Shown here: positions 62,436 through 64,000 of the stretch, piece after piece
How positions within the stretch are numbered: the first letter of the stretch is position 1
Layout: every line of letters begins with the position of its first letter
NCBI RefSeq assembly: GCF_021028975.2
Contig: NC_059433.1
Span: 28,520,001 to 28,584,000, forward strand
From: Sphaerodactylus townsendi
Lineage: Eukaryota
Direction of reading: 5' to 3'
DNA length: 64,000 bases
Position numbers and translations under genes: made by a program
Notes under the pieces: generated by a model
The model's input: only the letters and a program-made list of their open reading frames with translations
Database searches by the model: none
Told to the model about the DNA's origin: nothing

Positions 62436-63671
62436 CAAAAGGCATGTAGCTTAACAAAATCAGCTAGCAAAATCTTGTGTGAGGAGCATGTGGCTACTGA
62501 ACCAAGATCTGTGTAAATAACCAGTATTTTCAGCGTGGTTCTTTAGGATATGGCAATATTTCCACGTAGGAAACAGAAGTAGATGCAGGGGTATAAAGGT
62601 GGAGATGTTGAGGAGTACATGGTAAAAGATACCGTTTGTCCCCCAGCCTCCATGCGTCCCCCTCAGTTTCTGCCATTACATTGTTTCTTGCCAATTCTGA
62701 CAGGCAATCCCTGCTGCCTCCAAAAGGGTTTTCCTGCAGTGCAGGAAGCTTGGGAAACCCCAAAACTTCCCTGCTGCTGGACAGCTCCATAGGATTTAAA
62801 GGACATACACCACCAAAAGGGCAGCATACGCCCAAGGGCCAGTAGGTCACACAACTGGCCCTAAACCCTGGAAGGGAGCCAACTAATGGCAGCTCTGCCC
62901 TGGGAAAAGCCCTGGCCTGCACCCTCCCACACACTGACATCCAAGTAGGACACCAGCACATCCCAAATGTCCAAGTTTTGTGGCAGCAGGGATGTGCAGT
63001 TGCTGGTGTGTCTGCCCCCTCTGCCACGGTAAGTGCCCTGGCGAGGGTGAATGCACCGGTGCAAAGCTGCGCTGCTCCCTCAAGCCCTTTCAGCCCCCTT
63101 CCTTTGGATGGAGCCGTGAATGTCTTTTCAACATGCTTTCTTTACTTTTTTTTTAATACCTCGCATTGGGTTTTATGTCCATTCAGGCTTTACTACTGTG
63201 ACTGAAATGCAGGTGAATGGGATGGGTGTGACATAATTCAAACACATGTTGAATGGGGCAGTGTGACTCCAAAGTTACTTAAACTCTGCCAGTTCAAGAA
63301 AAACATGCTTATGTTTTGGATAATTTTGACAAGACAAGAGACTTCTTGGGTGCACACTGGAAAAAGATGCTGAAAAATGGCAGCTATGAACATCTTCATA
63401 TATCAGATGCACATGGTACTTATTTATCAGTGAAGATACTCAATTAAATACTCATAATGAATGCATACAGGCAATTCTGTATTGAATGTGTGGTAACTTA
63501 ATGGCATCATAAGTGTTAGGTCTCACCCAGTGGGCTCCTACATTGTTCTAGTTGTGTCAGTGGCTGTCCCCAGCAATTAGAAGAGAACCATTTTTGTACA
63601 TGGTATTTCCATTTAGCTATCAAAATTACCTGCATCTACTCTTGAATGTTCATGGTCTTAACTCTTTGCAG

Positions 63672-63754
63672 GCAATCCTTCATCTGTGTATTGGAAGGAG
63701 TTGGCTGAAGAGAGGAGGAAAGCTCTATATGAAGTGTTGCAAGAAAATGAAAAG
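63672..63754 (+). CDS. GMNN: GMNN exon (start of coiled coil)
   Basis: ctttgcag|GCAATC...GAAAAG|gtaact. Encodes [27 protein letters not shown]. Confidence 0.97.
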
Positions 63755-63832
63755 GTAACTGTGACACTGATTGGTGTGTGAATAGGTGCTATTGATGAAT
63801 GTCATTGTTTAAAGTCTTCCTGCTTTTTCTAG

Positions 63833-63943
63833 CTGCACAAAGAAATTGAACTCAAAGATAGTGAAATTGTTCGTCTCAAGGAAGAAAATGAAGAGCTTGC
63901 TGAGCTGGCGGGCCATGTGCAATATATGGCAAACTTGATTGAG
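63833..63943 (+). CDS. GMNN: GMNN exon (coiled coil); gene continues beyond the right end of the window
   Basis: tttttctag|CTGCAC...ATTGAG|gtaaat. Encodes [37 protein letters not shown]. Confidence 0.97.
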
Positions 63944-64000
63944 GTAAATCACTGTAATAATAGACTACTACTGGTTGCTATCAAATTCTACGCAAGGTAT

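Overview
Eukaryotic genomic DNA from a squamate reptile; the repeat families suggest a gecko. The window is the conserved KIAA0319-TDP2-ACOT13-C6orf62-GMNN block (human 6p22.3/DYX2 synteny). It holds the 5' part of KIAA0319 (- strand, exons 1-6, running off the left end), complete TDP2 (-, 7 exons, 382 aa) head-to-head with complete ACOT13 (+, 3 exons, 141 aa), complete C6orf62 (-, 5 exons, 230 aa) and the 5' part of GMNN/geminin (+, running off the right end). Exons were built by hand from splice signals and reading frame; comparisons to human proteins are from memory, not from a search. Introns and intergenic DNA carry tRNA-head SINEs, CR1/L2/RTE/R4-type LINE fragments, a decayed DIRS1 element, a young solo LTR, DNA-transposon MITEs and three Penelope-derived fold-back palindromes with hammerhead-ribozyme cores. 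The most notable oddities are: (1) a Penelope palindrome whose centre is an inverted copy of nearby intron DNA; (2) a lost canonical acceptor at KIAA0319 exon 5; (3) an orphan, fully equipped CpG promoter at 47.6-48.1 kb; (4) a uORF- and hairpin-rich C6orf62 leader; (5) a strand-biased long-range stem downstream of C6orf62; (6) a perfect 31-bp palindrome in GMNN intron 1. I found no novel protein-coding system; most ORF-track entries are spurious.
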